A stretch of DNA of 64,000 bases from Chiloscyllium plagiosum (taxonomy: Eukaryota): assembly GCF_004010195.1 (NCBI RefSeq), contig NW_025215113.1, positions 1-64,000 of the forward strand. The letters are read 5' to 3'. Positions within the stretch are counted from its first letter, which is position 1. Each line of letters opens with the position of its first letter. A model generated the notes under the pieces. It had not been told where the DNA came from. It did not search any database and was given only the letters and a program-made list of their open reading frames with translations. Made by a program: the position numbers and the translations under genes. This document shows positions 51,340 to 64,000 of the stretch, piece after piece.

Positions 51340-51655
51340 TCTCACTGATCTCTACTCTTGTACATTATTGGTCTGTTACTGATCTTTGCTTTATACAGCA
51401 CATGCGTATTATTAATCTTTGATCCTGTAAATAAGTGACCTATTATCAGTATTGCTCTTCTCTACTATAGGCTATTAGTTGCAGATTTCTGTTCCTGTAC
51501 AATATTGGGTCAGTTATTAACTTCTATCTGCGTACAGTATTGTTCAGATATTATTCCCTCTGTTCAATATTGATATATTACTGATCCCTGCTCCTATATG
51601 ATATTGGCTGTGTCTGATCTCTGCTCAAAACAATATTGACCTGTATTCATTTCTA
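51340..51655. repeat. Degenerate ~34-bp minisatellite
   Basis: Approximate unit ttactgatctctgctcctgtacaatattggtctg, about 9 diverged copies. Confidence 0.75.
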
Positions 51656-52504
51656 TGATAACAACTGCCAATCTGAATCTGCTACAAGACTAATGTGTCC
51701 TTAGATTTCACTGATGCAAAGACACAAGTGAAACCTGACTCTACATTTCACAATGCATGTGACAAGAAATATAATATTGCATGTAACAAGATCTAATTCC
51801 AGCATTAATGATACTTACTAAAAATACAGAAAGAAAGGAGGAGCAGAGAGAAGGCAGTGTCCTTGCGTCAGTTAACTAGAGTTGATCTCCAGTTGGATGC
51901 AGTAGCTGATACTCACCTGAAGTGGTGCAGAACTCTTGCAACACAGAGAATCACATAGCATTCATAGTGAAGGTTGTGGAGTCTTTTGCTGGGATTATGA
52001 ATTTATCTGTGCAATGCAATGTTCATTAGCAGAGGCATGTCTGGTATGGTTCATGTTAGCCACACAAATATCTATGGGCCAACAAGCTCCATTGAAATAA
52101 CACAAGGCATTCAGACATTTCCACAATGACTGAGACAGATCATGTGGGATTCATAGTTGCACAGACCTGGAACATCCCAGTTTCAGTCCCAAATCTCTTC
52201 CAAATGAGTAGACTGGCAATGCAGCCAGTGTCTCCAAACAGCTAACTGCTCAAAGTGTACAAGAACCTCATCAATGGAATGGCAATGAAGCCTGTCCATA
52301 AACATTATGGTCAATTCACCATCGGCTATGTAATGCCCACCACCTGCTCCATGTCTGTCATAGCCAAAGAAATGGACCTTCAGCACCCATGTACACAGAT
52401 GATGATGCCCACTAGATTCAGCTGCATCGGCCTCAGGGCCTGTCAGCATCATGCTGGCCTGGAACTGTTGAGCTGTACTAGGATCCCTTGTGTAAAAAAG
52501 AACA

Positions 52505-52735
52505 TAATAACTTAATGAACAGAAACAGCAAAAAGACATTCAACACTTTAAGCCTTCCCTGTTAGTCACTAATATTGTGATTGAATGTCTGCTTCAACTC
52601 CACTTCTCTGCACTATCTCCTATATTCTATGATTTGCTTTGTATCCAAAAATATGTGCCCCTCTCATGAATATAATCAATAACTAAGCATCCACCCTCTC
52701 TAAGTTATAGTATTCCAAAGTTTCACAACCCTTGA
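52505..52735 (-). mobile_element. Old CR1 3' UTR fragment
   Basis: gcatccaccctctct...tattccaaagtttcacaaccctt; similar to the copies at 11434 and 12443. Confidence 0.65.
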
Positions 52736-52849
52736 AATGCACCCAAGACTGAAATACATATCTTAATGAGGATCAACACTCCAAATAGATAATGCCTCCC
52801 ACTGAGAAGCTACCTTTTAAGCTCTGACAAATAGGCTGCCAATATTTTA

Positions 52850-52940
52850 TGAAAGCAAAATGCTGAAGATCTGAAATGCAAACAAAAAGTACTGGAAAAA
52901 CCCAAACAAGTCTGGCCAGATCTGTGAAGGAAGAAGCAGA
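52850..52940 (-). mobile_element. Penelope-like terminal-repeat fragment
   Basis: aaagcaaaatgctgaagatctgaaatgcaaacaaaaagtactggaaaa...aagtctggc. Confidence 0.6.
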
Positions 52941-53164
52941 CTCCCAGACTTTTCAAGTCACATGAGTTCTATAAAAGAGCAGACATTGGAGACAAATTTA
53001 GAATCAAGTTCCTCACCACAGCAAACACTAAGATTTTCTAATTGTAGAACACTTTAGTATTTTCTCAATAAGTTTGAAGATTTGGATTCTGAGCGGTCTT
53101 ATCTGTAATACATAGCTTAACTCCTATGTTAATGCTTGTCAAAGTGTTGCAACATTTTTTTCTT

Positions 53165-53504
53165 AGTATTTATTCACAAGTTGTGGGCCTCGCTGTCTGG
53201 GCCAGCATTTATTGCACATCCCAAATGGCCCTCAGGGCAATTAACAGTCGACCATATTGCTGTGGGTCTGCAGTCACATACAGACCAGATCAGGTAAGGA
53301 TGGCAGTTTCCCTCCCTAAAGGACATTAGTGAACCATCTGGGTTTTCCTGACAGTCAAGAATGGATTCATGGTCATCAATAGAATCCTAATTCCAGATTT
53401 TTGTTGAATACATCTGTTGTGGTGGGATTCAAACCTAGATCCCCAGAAATTATGGTCTCTGGATTAACAGTGCAGTGATAATATGACTAGGCCATCTCCT
53501 CCCC
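53165..53504 (-). mobile_element. SINE family B, full length
   Basis: Reverse complement is colinear with 26303-26652. Confidence 0.88.
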
Positions 53505-56500
53505 TTGTCAGAATATGTGTGTTGAGAATTTGGAAGAAGAGTACATTATTTCCGGTGAATTATTTCCAAAACTTTGCAACAGAACAAAGCCTGTAAATCC
53601 CAGTGTTTAAAATTATTTGTAATCATAGATCAATTTATGTGCAGAAATGCAATTGTACCAGTCTCTTAACCACTTTTCTTGCATTCAAAGACAAGAAGGA
53701 ATTTCATGTTGTAACTTGTACTGCTGAGATGATATTTTGTACATTCTATGTATTGATAAGAGAAGCACGGGTTTGTTGCATACTTAGTTTTGCTTATTCA
53801 AGTAAGATACCCTTTCATATTTGTCATAGAACTGAAATATTTGCCTGTTCAGTATATTCGGTTTCTTGCGAGAAAACCTATCTCTTTGTTAATCTCAAAT
53901 TTTGTTTGTAGATATGTACCATTTTCATAAGAAAGAAGTCATTTGCATAGACTTTTCCCCTCCCTCCTCCAAGTAAGTATTATTGCTGAATTATGATTGC
54001 TGCTGGGCCCAAGGTAACTTCATTTGTGAGCTCTGAGAAGAAGTATTGTGGCCACAGCTGATGCCCTTCCCCCTTCTCTGTCCTGAGATCACAAAGCCAA
54101 TTGTAATATCTCACCATTAACTCTATGAAATCATCAAAATCAGCACAATTCTGTACTCAGTGCAACATCATATGATGTATGCCCATGCACAAAAGTATTA
54201 GCCTACTGATGGGCTTTGAATAACCAATTTTCTCCTTCCCCACCTATAAACTACCCCATCCCATGGTGGAAACTTGTGAGGGTGAAGGAGGGAAGCCTCA
54301 GCCATCAGCTGGATTGCCATCAGAAGCCACATTGATGCATTTTGGGAAGACGCATTGTTTTACTCTAGGCATTTGACAGGGCAGCAGCAAGCTTATCCCT
54401 GAGGATCAAGGACTCCAGGTGAAAAAGTCTAACCAATAAGAACTGTGAGCCAATCAGAAGCAGGCAGCTCCTTTGTGCTCCAGCAAAGTCTGTTGCTTCT
54501 GCCAGTATGGCACGTACCTAATGCCTAGGATTGCCACATGATACCAGGCCACAGGTGAGTGATGAAGAAAAGAATATCAGGGAAGGAGGGAAGTGAGAGG
54601 GTTCAGCACAAAAGACTGGGGAAGGTTGGCTCTCACCAGGTCTTTATGATGTTCGATCCCTCAATCCGGTGCAGGTTGATATGAATAAGAAGGTTGTAGT
54701 GATGTCCCAGCAACACCCTCCTGTCTGATTAAATGACCTGGTTACCAATTCAGAGTGGAGGGGATCTCACAAGATTCCACCCCATTAATCCCGATTGATA
54801 AATTTTCCTATTGAACCAGTTTGGGTGCCAGTAATCCCCCAATGACAAAATTCCTTATTAATTTTCACTATCCACATCATTCTGGTTTGATTCTACTGCG
54901 GTAATGCTGCGGGAGATGAAGATGTCTCCAAATCTGTTTGTTTTTTTCTCCCTCCCTGGCTCCAAGTTTGAGGAAGGGAGAAATTGAAAATAAGTATTTC
55001 AGAGTTGGTAACTGATTGCTTTCTTAAATTGACTGAAAGGGGAAAAAAAGTTGCTATTTGTTAAAACCTCAAACTATTCGAGCTGTGTTTGTGCAATTAA
55101 TGAAAAACAGTAGGTTAAAAAAATAAATTACAGCAATAAAAATTCCTCTTGAGAAGCCAACACCAGACTGGGAGAGAAAAATATACTAACCCCGAGGCTA
55201 AGCCGCTAAATAAGTTGTGAATTAATTTTTGTAAAGCACTCCCATATTACTAAGGTGTGTTGAAAGGTGTCTACTCATGTTTCAAATTAAACGCACTGCT
55301 GGTCAGCATTAGCACCTCAGTGCTGCAACACAGCCACTTGCCTATAACACTTCAGGGGCCGGGAAAGTAGGTTTGCCATTCACACTGGAATAATTAGAAC
55401 ATGTCAAGAAGAATTAATTTCCTCATTTTTCAAAAGGATACACAGAAATTACCATGTTATTATATGACAGGGTCCCTCGGAGAATTGTATTAAATTTAAT
55501 TTCTAACGCAGCCCACACAACAAATTAAAGTCATAAATAAGATGGAAAGAAGCAGGACGCAGAGCATATGTTTATGGCAATGACTGAAGCCAAGGGACCA
55601 GAAACAACTATCTTCATTTCATTTTATTTAAATCAGCCAGACACTGTGTGTCTGAATGACAGCAATTGCTAATGGGAGCTGAGATTAGGCTGCCTGATAC
55701 CAGGAAACAGAAACAGCCACTTATCCGATACTTAAACCAAAGATTTGACAGCAACACTGGGATCTGCCAATACCTGAGCTCAGCTCACAGGCACTACTCA
55801 TACATGCTTGTTAGGTGTTGAAACAGTCAATGCCCAACTGTAAACTGAATGCTTTTTTCATGCCAGAGGAAGAGGGAAAACTCCTGTTGTTAGCCTGAGT
55901 GCTCCCTTGGGCATAACAAACTTTAAATAATTTGCAAATCAATTAATTGGTTACTTGCTACATAATACAGATTTCACACTCCCAGGTCACTGGATTGCAG
56001 ACATGAGAGAAATCATAACATTTTTCAAGAAGTTCATGATTGAAATCATTAATTAATTTAAGTGGTGCATTGCATTAAGCAGATGTGGAGGTACAGAGCG
56101 TAATTAGTAGTTTCTTGGCTATTATTATTATTAAATTCACGGCTGGGAGAATATCTCCTCATTTTCAGAAGTAAAAGCAGAAATCTCTGTAGGGATTGTT
56201 TGATACATTCTGTTTAACTGAACAGCTAAATCGAGTGAATCTGGTATTACATCAAGTTACTGCAGCCAAGTTATTTGCAAAACTTTTGTCCACTGCCTAT
56301 GTGTTGGACCCCGTTTGTTAACGTCATTTTGCACTAACCCGATCGCAGCCCTGCTGAGCAATTCACAGGTGTTCACTCACCTGCCAATGCCTCATCTAAT
56401 GGTCATTTGCATCTTGTGATTTTCAAGTAAACAGTGGCATGTTGTTCCACCAAAAAAGACAGCATATTTGGCTTAATACTGTCCATACTCAATGTCCATG

Positions 56501-59500
56501 CATGTGTACTGAACGCACAGGCATGGCTGAGCAGCAATGAGCAAATGATTTCTCTGGCTGGTTTTGTTTTCTCTGCAAGAGTTAAAATAAAACCTCTAAA
56601 TGATGAAAATACTCCCTTTTCATCAGCTGAAAATAGAAATAGTGGATTAACATCTCAATTTGGAGCCCTTGTCTAACAGAAGGCCAATCTCTCAAATTAT
56701 AACATAATGCTTCCAAAATGTTCCGCCCTCTTCCCTGATTCAGGGGTAATTAGAAGATCGCCCCATCGGCTGAAATAAGCTACCTTAGCATAGGCTATTG
56801 TTTGAACCAGAGACAGATTGGTCATATTGATCTATATACCACTGTGGGCTGTAAATAGCATTATTGAGTGAGGCTCCAGCTATGCTCCAATATTTATTCA
56901 TTTGCACAATTTACATTTGTTTCAACCTGTTTTTTTCTGCACTGAGACATCAAGTCATCAATCCTGGAATTGAGACATAGCAACATAGGACCCATCAGGC
57001 AAAGCACATCACTTTTGATTGCTAACATGGGACCTGAAAGTATATCATAATGTGACAAATCCTGTTCTTTCTCAATAATGTTTTATTGCTTTATAAGCTA
57101 AATAGTACAGATTATAACAGTTTTTTTTGGATTGCAAGTTAGAATTTGCTGATGGCAGTGGCCCTTTAAACTGTGTTAATGGCAGAAAAGAGTGGCAGAA
57201 ATTCTGCTAGAAAACAGGCAATGACACTACCCTGTGAAATCCTGTCAAAGGGCTGTTCCTGAGAAAAGATACAATCTGTGCTGCTTTGCTTCTATAAACA
57301 TCACCTTCAAACCAATACGTATGGGCCATGTGAAAATCAGGCTTGCTCTGAGTAGTACACTTGCTCATCATCTTTCTGGAGATCACTATGAGTATTCTGT
57401 TATTAGGCTCTTGTGCCTAATTCTCAAAGTTGAATTGCAGGGAGAAGTCAATGCAGTGTTGGAGGTCAGCCCCTACATGTCCTGTGATGAACTAATGGTA
57501 ATGAATTGGCAAAATATCAAGACTTAAGCAAGTTCCAAAAAAAAACCAGGGCAACAGCATTTCTCCTCATAATTTTATTCTTTTCTTTTACGCTGATTTT
57601 TTTTCCTGCACGGAAAGAATTCTGACACTTATGTTTTAATTCCATAGTTACCAGTTTGGACAATTAGCATTCCTTTACTAGTAATTGGACTCTGGAGCAT
57701 TCTTTGGACAGCTGAGAGGTACAGCTCAACGTGAGAGTGAATGTTGTCACATAGCAGTGAGGTAAAGCTTATCAGCTGTCATCCTGGTTACACTGCTGCT
57801 TGTTACATTGGACTTTCAAAATGTTGTAGTGATACACACAACAGGGTTAATTGGAAAGCAAATTAAATTCAACAGCTGTTTGATAATTTAGAACATGTAA
57901 CAATGGCAATGTGTCACCTCAGTATATAGGGACAAAAATAAATGAAGCCACCCTACAGTCTCTTGCTTCCCAAACTAGCAGAATCACCTCTTATTATCTT
58001 TCAGGTTACAGACTAGTATAATGTTAGTCACCTGTTAGCAGATTACTCACTGTGGTGAAAACTCAATTATCACCCATATAACCCAATTATAAAACCATAT
58101 AAGTCCAACTTAAGCAACAATTAATGCATAGGCAATACATTGAAAGGAACATAATAATTTTTGTATGAATGTGGCGTTCTGAATCCCCTGCTTAAATATC
58201 CCAACTACAGATAAATAAAGGTTCCCAAGCAACTAAATAAGGCACTCAACCATATAGACTAGAAGTTTCCTTGGTCTAACTTGTTTAATGCTTTGTCTTC
58301 TGGTTGGGGGCAATAGGAAGCATGATTGGTTTTCAAAAGCCTTGACTGTGTTCACATCAACAAAACCTTTTACTTACAGATGTTCTATTTCCTGTACACA
58401 GTTACAGTTCCACATGAGCTCAGATTGTCTCATTTGTGAAATCTCCAGACTCTTTCTGCCTTCTCCTAGTCACCATCATTACATCATGATCTCTTAGACT
58501 CATGCTGTTAACCCATTGTTCCCTGATCATAGCCCAAGTTGTTATCATAAGAGCAAATTCATCACCCAGGGTTCCCACCTTTATCACTTTCGATGGATAC
58601 ATGAGTGGACCTCAGGATCCAACTTAGTTTGAAGCCCCATTCTCTATGATTAAGCAAATAATTGCTGTTCACTATCTAGCTCCAGAAGTAGAGATTGACC
58701 ATTTGAGCAAAATAGTCAGAGCATGCAGTAGCCCATGGAAACCTATCAAGTAGGAGAGACTGCTTTTAGGATAAGTAGAGAAGAAATTAATGGGGGTGTG
58801 TGGTACAGATACTGGAAGATAGCATCTAAGTTAAGCAGCTATATGAATTACACTTGATTTATGTCTCAAATCAACCAGAAACTAATCAATTGGTAACTCT
58901 TCCAAACCCAAAGACTTAATTAAAAAATAATTAGAACATTCAATTGTGAGGCATCATCATTTATTCGCCCCAATTATTAACAGGAAATATTTTTAAAAAT
59001 CAAATGTCAGTTTGTAAGAACATAAGGAATAATAACAATTTCATTAACATGGAAGCATACATTATTACTTAATTCATTCTTTTAAAAGGAAGGAATTATC
59101 ACTGTACTAGGTTAGTTACACAGCAATTATCAAGTCACTGGACAGACAGGGCAAATTGTGGCTAATTTTCAAGAAAAGAAAATTAGGTAAACTCTAATTT
59201 CTGAGCCACAACTCAGACCCCTCCCATTTCCACAGACATCTGTATGTATTAATACTTAAACCGACAAGAGTCAGTTTGGCTAATGCGGCAAGTAGGAATG
59301 CAGCCAGAGGAAGCTGCCCAGCAACATTAACCAATTTGACTATTGGCAGCAAAAATTCTGTTGAGCAACAGTCTGCTCCTGACCCATAATACAGAAACCT
59401 CTGTTTGATTAGAGCAGAAACTAGTATCTTTCTCTGTAAAAAAAAATTTTGTCATGTTCACACACCAAGCCATCGCCAAAACCATGAGTTTCTTAAAGTA

Positions 59501-59894
59501 TACATAAGTGGTTCTCAAAGTTCTTCCACTGCTAGGTGATGGAGACTGCAGTGGTGACCCATGCTTGACTATGCCCAGTCTTTGCTCAACAGAATAACTA
59601 AAACTCAGAGCTCAAGGAGACTAGGACAGACAAATGAAAATTGTCCATGTAGCATCCATGCAAAACCTTTGGTTTGAATCCAGTGAGCATTGCTGGACTG
59701 TGCATATAGTGGTAAGAATAGGATGGGGCTTTGCTATGCTGGGTTTCTTTCAAGGTTTGTTGAAGAACAGTGAATTAAGTGAAGTATCAAATAACATCAG
59801 CCTCCCTGACCCTGTAATCACTGCCTTTTAGGTAAAAAAAGAGGGAGAATTGGAGGAGCAAAGGAATAACCCAACAACATGTACAATTTAAACA

Positions 59895-60080
59895 AACAAT
59901 TTGTATTTATATAGTGTCAGAAAGAACCTTAATTTAACATCTCAGATAAAGGCATCAGTTTCAGGTCACATCTAAAAATCAACATCTTCAACAATACAGC
60001 ACTTTCTCAGTGATACACTGAAGTGACAATCTGGATTATGAGCTCAAGTCCATAGTGAATTGAACCTACAACTTTCTGAA
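59895..60080 (-). mobile_element. Internally deleted Deu-type SINE
   Basis: acaatttgtatttatatagtg tail; cagcactttctcagtgatacactgaagtgac...gaacctacaactttctga head. Confidence 0.6.
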
Positions 60081-61494
60081 ATAAAAGGTAATTTAAAAGA
60101 AACAAAAGAAGACATATGACATTCCATTTATTGTTTACTGACATTCTGTATTCTTTGTGGAATTAAGTATGATCCTAGTTGACACTTCCTTTGATAGTGG
60201 ACTGAAGTACACTGACAAAAAATAATTTATGCTTATTCAAACCACTCTAGACATCTTCAGGTGTTTCCAAATGAGCTCACAGTGGAGTGATTAAATGCAT
60301 CTGATAACAAGCCACACATTGCTGAAATTACTTACTGCCTCATTTTATGATTAATTAAACATGTAGATTAAAGTTGCAAAAGAATTTAGATTAATGAGTG
60401 AGTTAAGTCTTGCTGATATAAGTGAAGTGGGAATTGGATGATCCCTGGAACTTTATAAACATGCATTCTAGACATGGATACATGTTGAATCAGGGCCGCC
60501 TGGGCTTTTGATTGTGCAGTCATGTTTAACATGGTTTGACAGCTTTCAAATAATATATGCTACTAACTCTGAAAGTTTGTGAGTAAAAGCCATCAGTAGT
60601 TATCAATTAAAAAGTGAAACTGCAAGAAAGCCAATTTGTAATTTGCTAACTTTTTGAAGTAATGGTCTTATATGAGTGCCACATTATATTATATAGTAGG
60701 TAATGATATTAGGTCAAATCTACTGTTTCATTAGCATGAAGCAGATTCGCAAGCAATACAGCAGCAGAGAGGATTTTCAGAAAGGTTTGTGAAAGACATC
60801 AACAAGGATAATAATGCAAATGCTAAAACGGTTAACAGGCTGAAGCATATCCGAAATATTAGGGGGAAAAGATTGAGTATCCAGTGATCAGATTCATAAG
60901 GGAGCTAACATTGTTGAAAGAACAGCAGAGGGATCTTTACCAAGGAATATGAGGCATGAGGGATTAAAAGATTAGCTAAAACTCAATGCTCGAAGTCTCA
61001 AAAATGCTACCAGTATCCTTGCTAAGTCATACAAAGAAAAAGTTCACTATGTTGAATGAATGTTGGTAGGTGTAATTAGGAGCATTTTAAAGATGAGGGA
61101 GGTTGCATACTTTGAAACAGGAGGTGGTTTTACAAAAGGATGGACTCCCAATGAACTGAAGTGAGGCAATACCAAATGCTAGCATTTGTGCGTTTTCATT
61201 GAAATGAATAAACCCAAGGGACAAGAATCTTGGAATTATCTTAGGTCATGTAGGGAAGTGTTGCGAACAAGTACTCGAAGGGAGCAAACCAATGTATGAT
61301 AGCAAATTCAATTATGTACCTCAGTGCAGATCAAGAGAAGAGAGATAGTGAAGAGAGATTAAGGAGCAAAGGAGAGTAAAATATACAGAGAAGTATGATT
61401 GTGTTTTTATATGCAAATATGAAAAACAACAGAGATGGAAAACAAAAAAACTGGAAGCAGTAACTTTAATAGGGACACATGGTGTTCTGGCCTT

Positions 61495-61885
61495 GAATAT
61501 AGCACAAGTGAGTCATTCATTAAGCCCCTCAAATTTGATCTGTCATTCTATAACATTATGGCTGCTTGTAATTTGGCACTTGACATATGTTCTTTATTCC
61601 TTTTCATATTTATCACAAAAATATATATCAATCTCGGTCTTGAAAACTTTAATTGAATTCCAGCTCACTATTTTTTGGGAATGTTGAAGGATTGTTGAAG
61701 AGGGATTCAAAGCCCGATTACACTTGTGTGAATGATTGCTTCTTGATTTCACAATAGAATGATTTTATTCTAATTGTAAGATTATGCCACCTTGCTCTAA
61801 ATTACTCCATTAGAGGAAATAGTTTCTCTTTATTTGCCCTAACAAGGGCATCTTTAATACCTTAATTAATCTTCCCACAGTCTGA
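61495..61885 (-). mobile_element. Ancient CR1 3' fragment
   Basis: ttgtgtgaatgattgcttcttgatttcac...aagattatgccaccttgctcta...agaggaaatagtttctct. Confidence 0.6.
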
Positions 61886-64000
61886 GCCCAAGCACGTAAC
61901 AATAGGTTGGTAAATCATTACTATAGGGATAGTAAATCCTATAGGCGTATCTACTCATGCAGATCAATGGAGACAGCTCTAGTTAGAGAAATGGGATGGA
62001 TACAGATGTGATGTGTCAAATGCATTCTTTCTACCACAATTTCCATGATTCAAAATATATGTATACATTCAAAATTTCCTGCAGAACCAGATTGCTATAG
62101 AGTATGATATTTTAATTCATTTATGCTGCCTTTTACAATATCCTGTTTATATAATCACATAAATACTTTTTTAAAATCAACCCTGTAGGAAGATTTCTGC
62201 ACTTAAATTATTATTTTTTGAATTATATTTGTACTCTGCCATTGTTTTCTGTCGTGGTCATACAATAACAATTATCGTTTTAATGTTATAAATAGAATTA
62301 CTGGATTCAACAACAACCTTGTGGATAAATATAAAATCAGAAGAGATTCTAATAACTATTGGATAGGATACAGTGGCCATATATTCAACAGAAAATAATG
62401 TTGACAATATATATTCAACAAAACATGGCATGACCACAATACATTGCATATAAAATAATATGGCAACTGCATTCCAGAAAAGATGTTGCAAATGTAATGT
62501 ATCTTATGTGGAATAACAAAGCAATTGCATATAGTGCTATCATTGTACAGTTTATACATGATACCACTTCGCATTTTTTATTCCATGTATTAACACAGCC
62601 ACTAGATATTTAATAAGGAATAATACCACTATTAGGTATTACACAAGTGAGAATAAAGCTCCAATTTATATCATGCAAGATAATGCAGATTCAATATATT
62701 CATAAAAACCTATGGTGCTCCTACATATCAGAACCAACATATGTGTTATGTTGGTTCAGTGAATTTCCTTTTTAGTAATTGAAAGGAAAGTCATATTTCA
62801 CGTGATTTCAAAAATACAGATGATATTTATCTTCCTTTTTTTTAATCCCCACTGTACTTCACTAGTGCCTAGAGCTCATACGTAATAAGTGGCAAAGTTA
62901 TGTGTGGGCTGTGAAGGTCAGATTCTAAGTCGATGACATCTGATATTCAAACAATTAGATGTTGCATATTGGGATTATATTTGTTTTTCCAAGCAATATT
63001 ATTACATTACCCCTTATTTCTATACCTCCCTTCCCCACCCGGATTTCGCATGCTGAAAATTATTTGAATTGGAGCCTAATTGAAAAAATATGATCCAGTC
63101 TGATGGATTCAGCACTCATCTCGAATCATGTTAACCTAAATTTCAGTTCACATCGGAATTGTGATGTTATCTTTTTGGTCTGGGCCTAATTTTGGATTAT
63201 GGCAATAATTAAAAAATTTTTATTGCTTGGTGTAACTTGATGTATGTGTTTACACAATTAAAAATAACAGTTTTGTTCATTCACAGTATGTAGCCATACT
63301 ATTTTCACTCATAGTTGATAGAATAAGATCATAAAATCATTGTCCCTGTTTATGTTGAGAGTAAGAAAGAAAATTTGCCTCCAAAGGGTTAAGTCTGCTT
63401 ACTTGGTCTAATTTATGTCTTGGAGACCTTAAAAGTCATCCCCAGGTTCATTGAATCACTTACACTTTCCAGCTGAGAGATCCAGCCTTGATTTACCATG
63501 TAGGCCAAAGTTGACATAGGAGCTTAGTGGTTTAATAAGCATTTAAATGTCAAATTAGGTTGTTGCGCCTGCCATAGACCAATATTACTGGCATTTTCTC
63601 TGGTGCATATTGAGAATTTAAAAATCCAGCTTTACCACATAGCAAGCAGCTCTGCACCAGAGGTTACTGTTTTTGGAAGGAGATAACCATCAGGTAAGAT
63701 GTCGCTGAACAGAGCTAACAAAGAAACTGCAAACAAGCCTGTGTTTGTACCAGAGACAAACTGTCAATTGTATTTCAGAAATGCAGTTTGGAATTTGAAC
63801 CACATCAGCTTGAGTTTTGGTATTCGTCCAGTATTATCGCACATAATGAACATTCTTAGTAATTTTTTTTGTTTCTCCCCAATTCTGTTAAGCATGCCGA
63901 TAGAGCAAGGAGGGAGTCTCAAAGCTCCTGATCGTTCACCTTATGTTAGCCAAGTCATTGACTGCCATTGGCACATTCAGCCATGAAAATGTTGAATGTT

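Noticed and set aside
51860..52490. Coding exon or LINE RT remnant (ORFs 52183-52539 and 52255-52515)
   Set aside because: Possibly an old retroelement, but I could not read any convincing motif.
58290..58360. RT-like FSKA motif
   Set aside because: Isolated short match with no flanking RT motifs.
63643..63699. Exon ending CAG|gtaaga
   Set aside because: Good donor but no convincing polypyrimidine acceptor, and the peptide is unrecognised.
1..64000. Short ORFs in the ORF track as host genes
   Set aside because: They are either transposon-derived or lack recognisable domains, as expected by chance in AT-rich DNA.

Overview
This is non-coding, repeat-rich vertebrate genomic DNA. The repeats indicate a cartilaginous fish: HE1-type V-SINEs with (ATCTA)n tails, CR1/HER1-type LINEs, Deu-domain SINEs and Penelope-like terminal repeats. 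A carpet shark is plausible, but that is inference. I cannot support any intact host protein-coding gene: the recognisable ORFs are decayed transposon proteins (CR1, CR1/L2-like, RTE, Vingi/Ingi-like, Gypsy gag, Penelope GIY-YIG, Harbinger-type Myb/SANT). Between the repeats lie unique TAAT-rich tracts that look like conserved enhancers, and a few short segments with good splice signals, so this may be a large intron or gene desert. The most notable structure is a set of minimal type I hammerhead ribozyme motifs inside Penelope-derived repeats. One has a compensatory U3:A8 core, and two lie back-to-back in a 131-bp palindrome. Repeat boundaries were judged by eye and are approximate; family names come from recall, not a database search.
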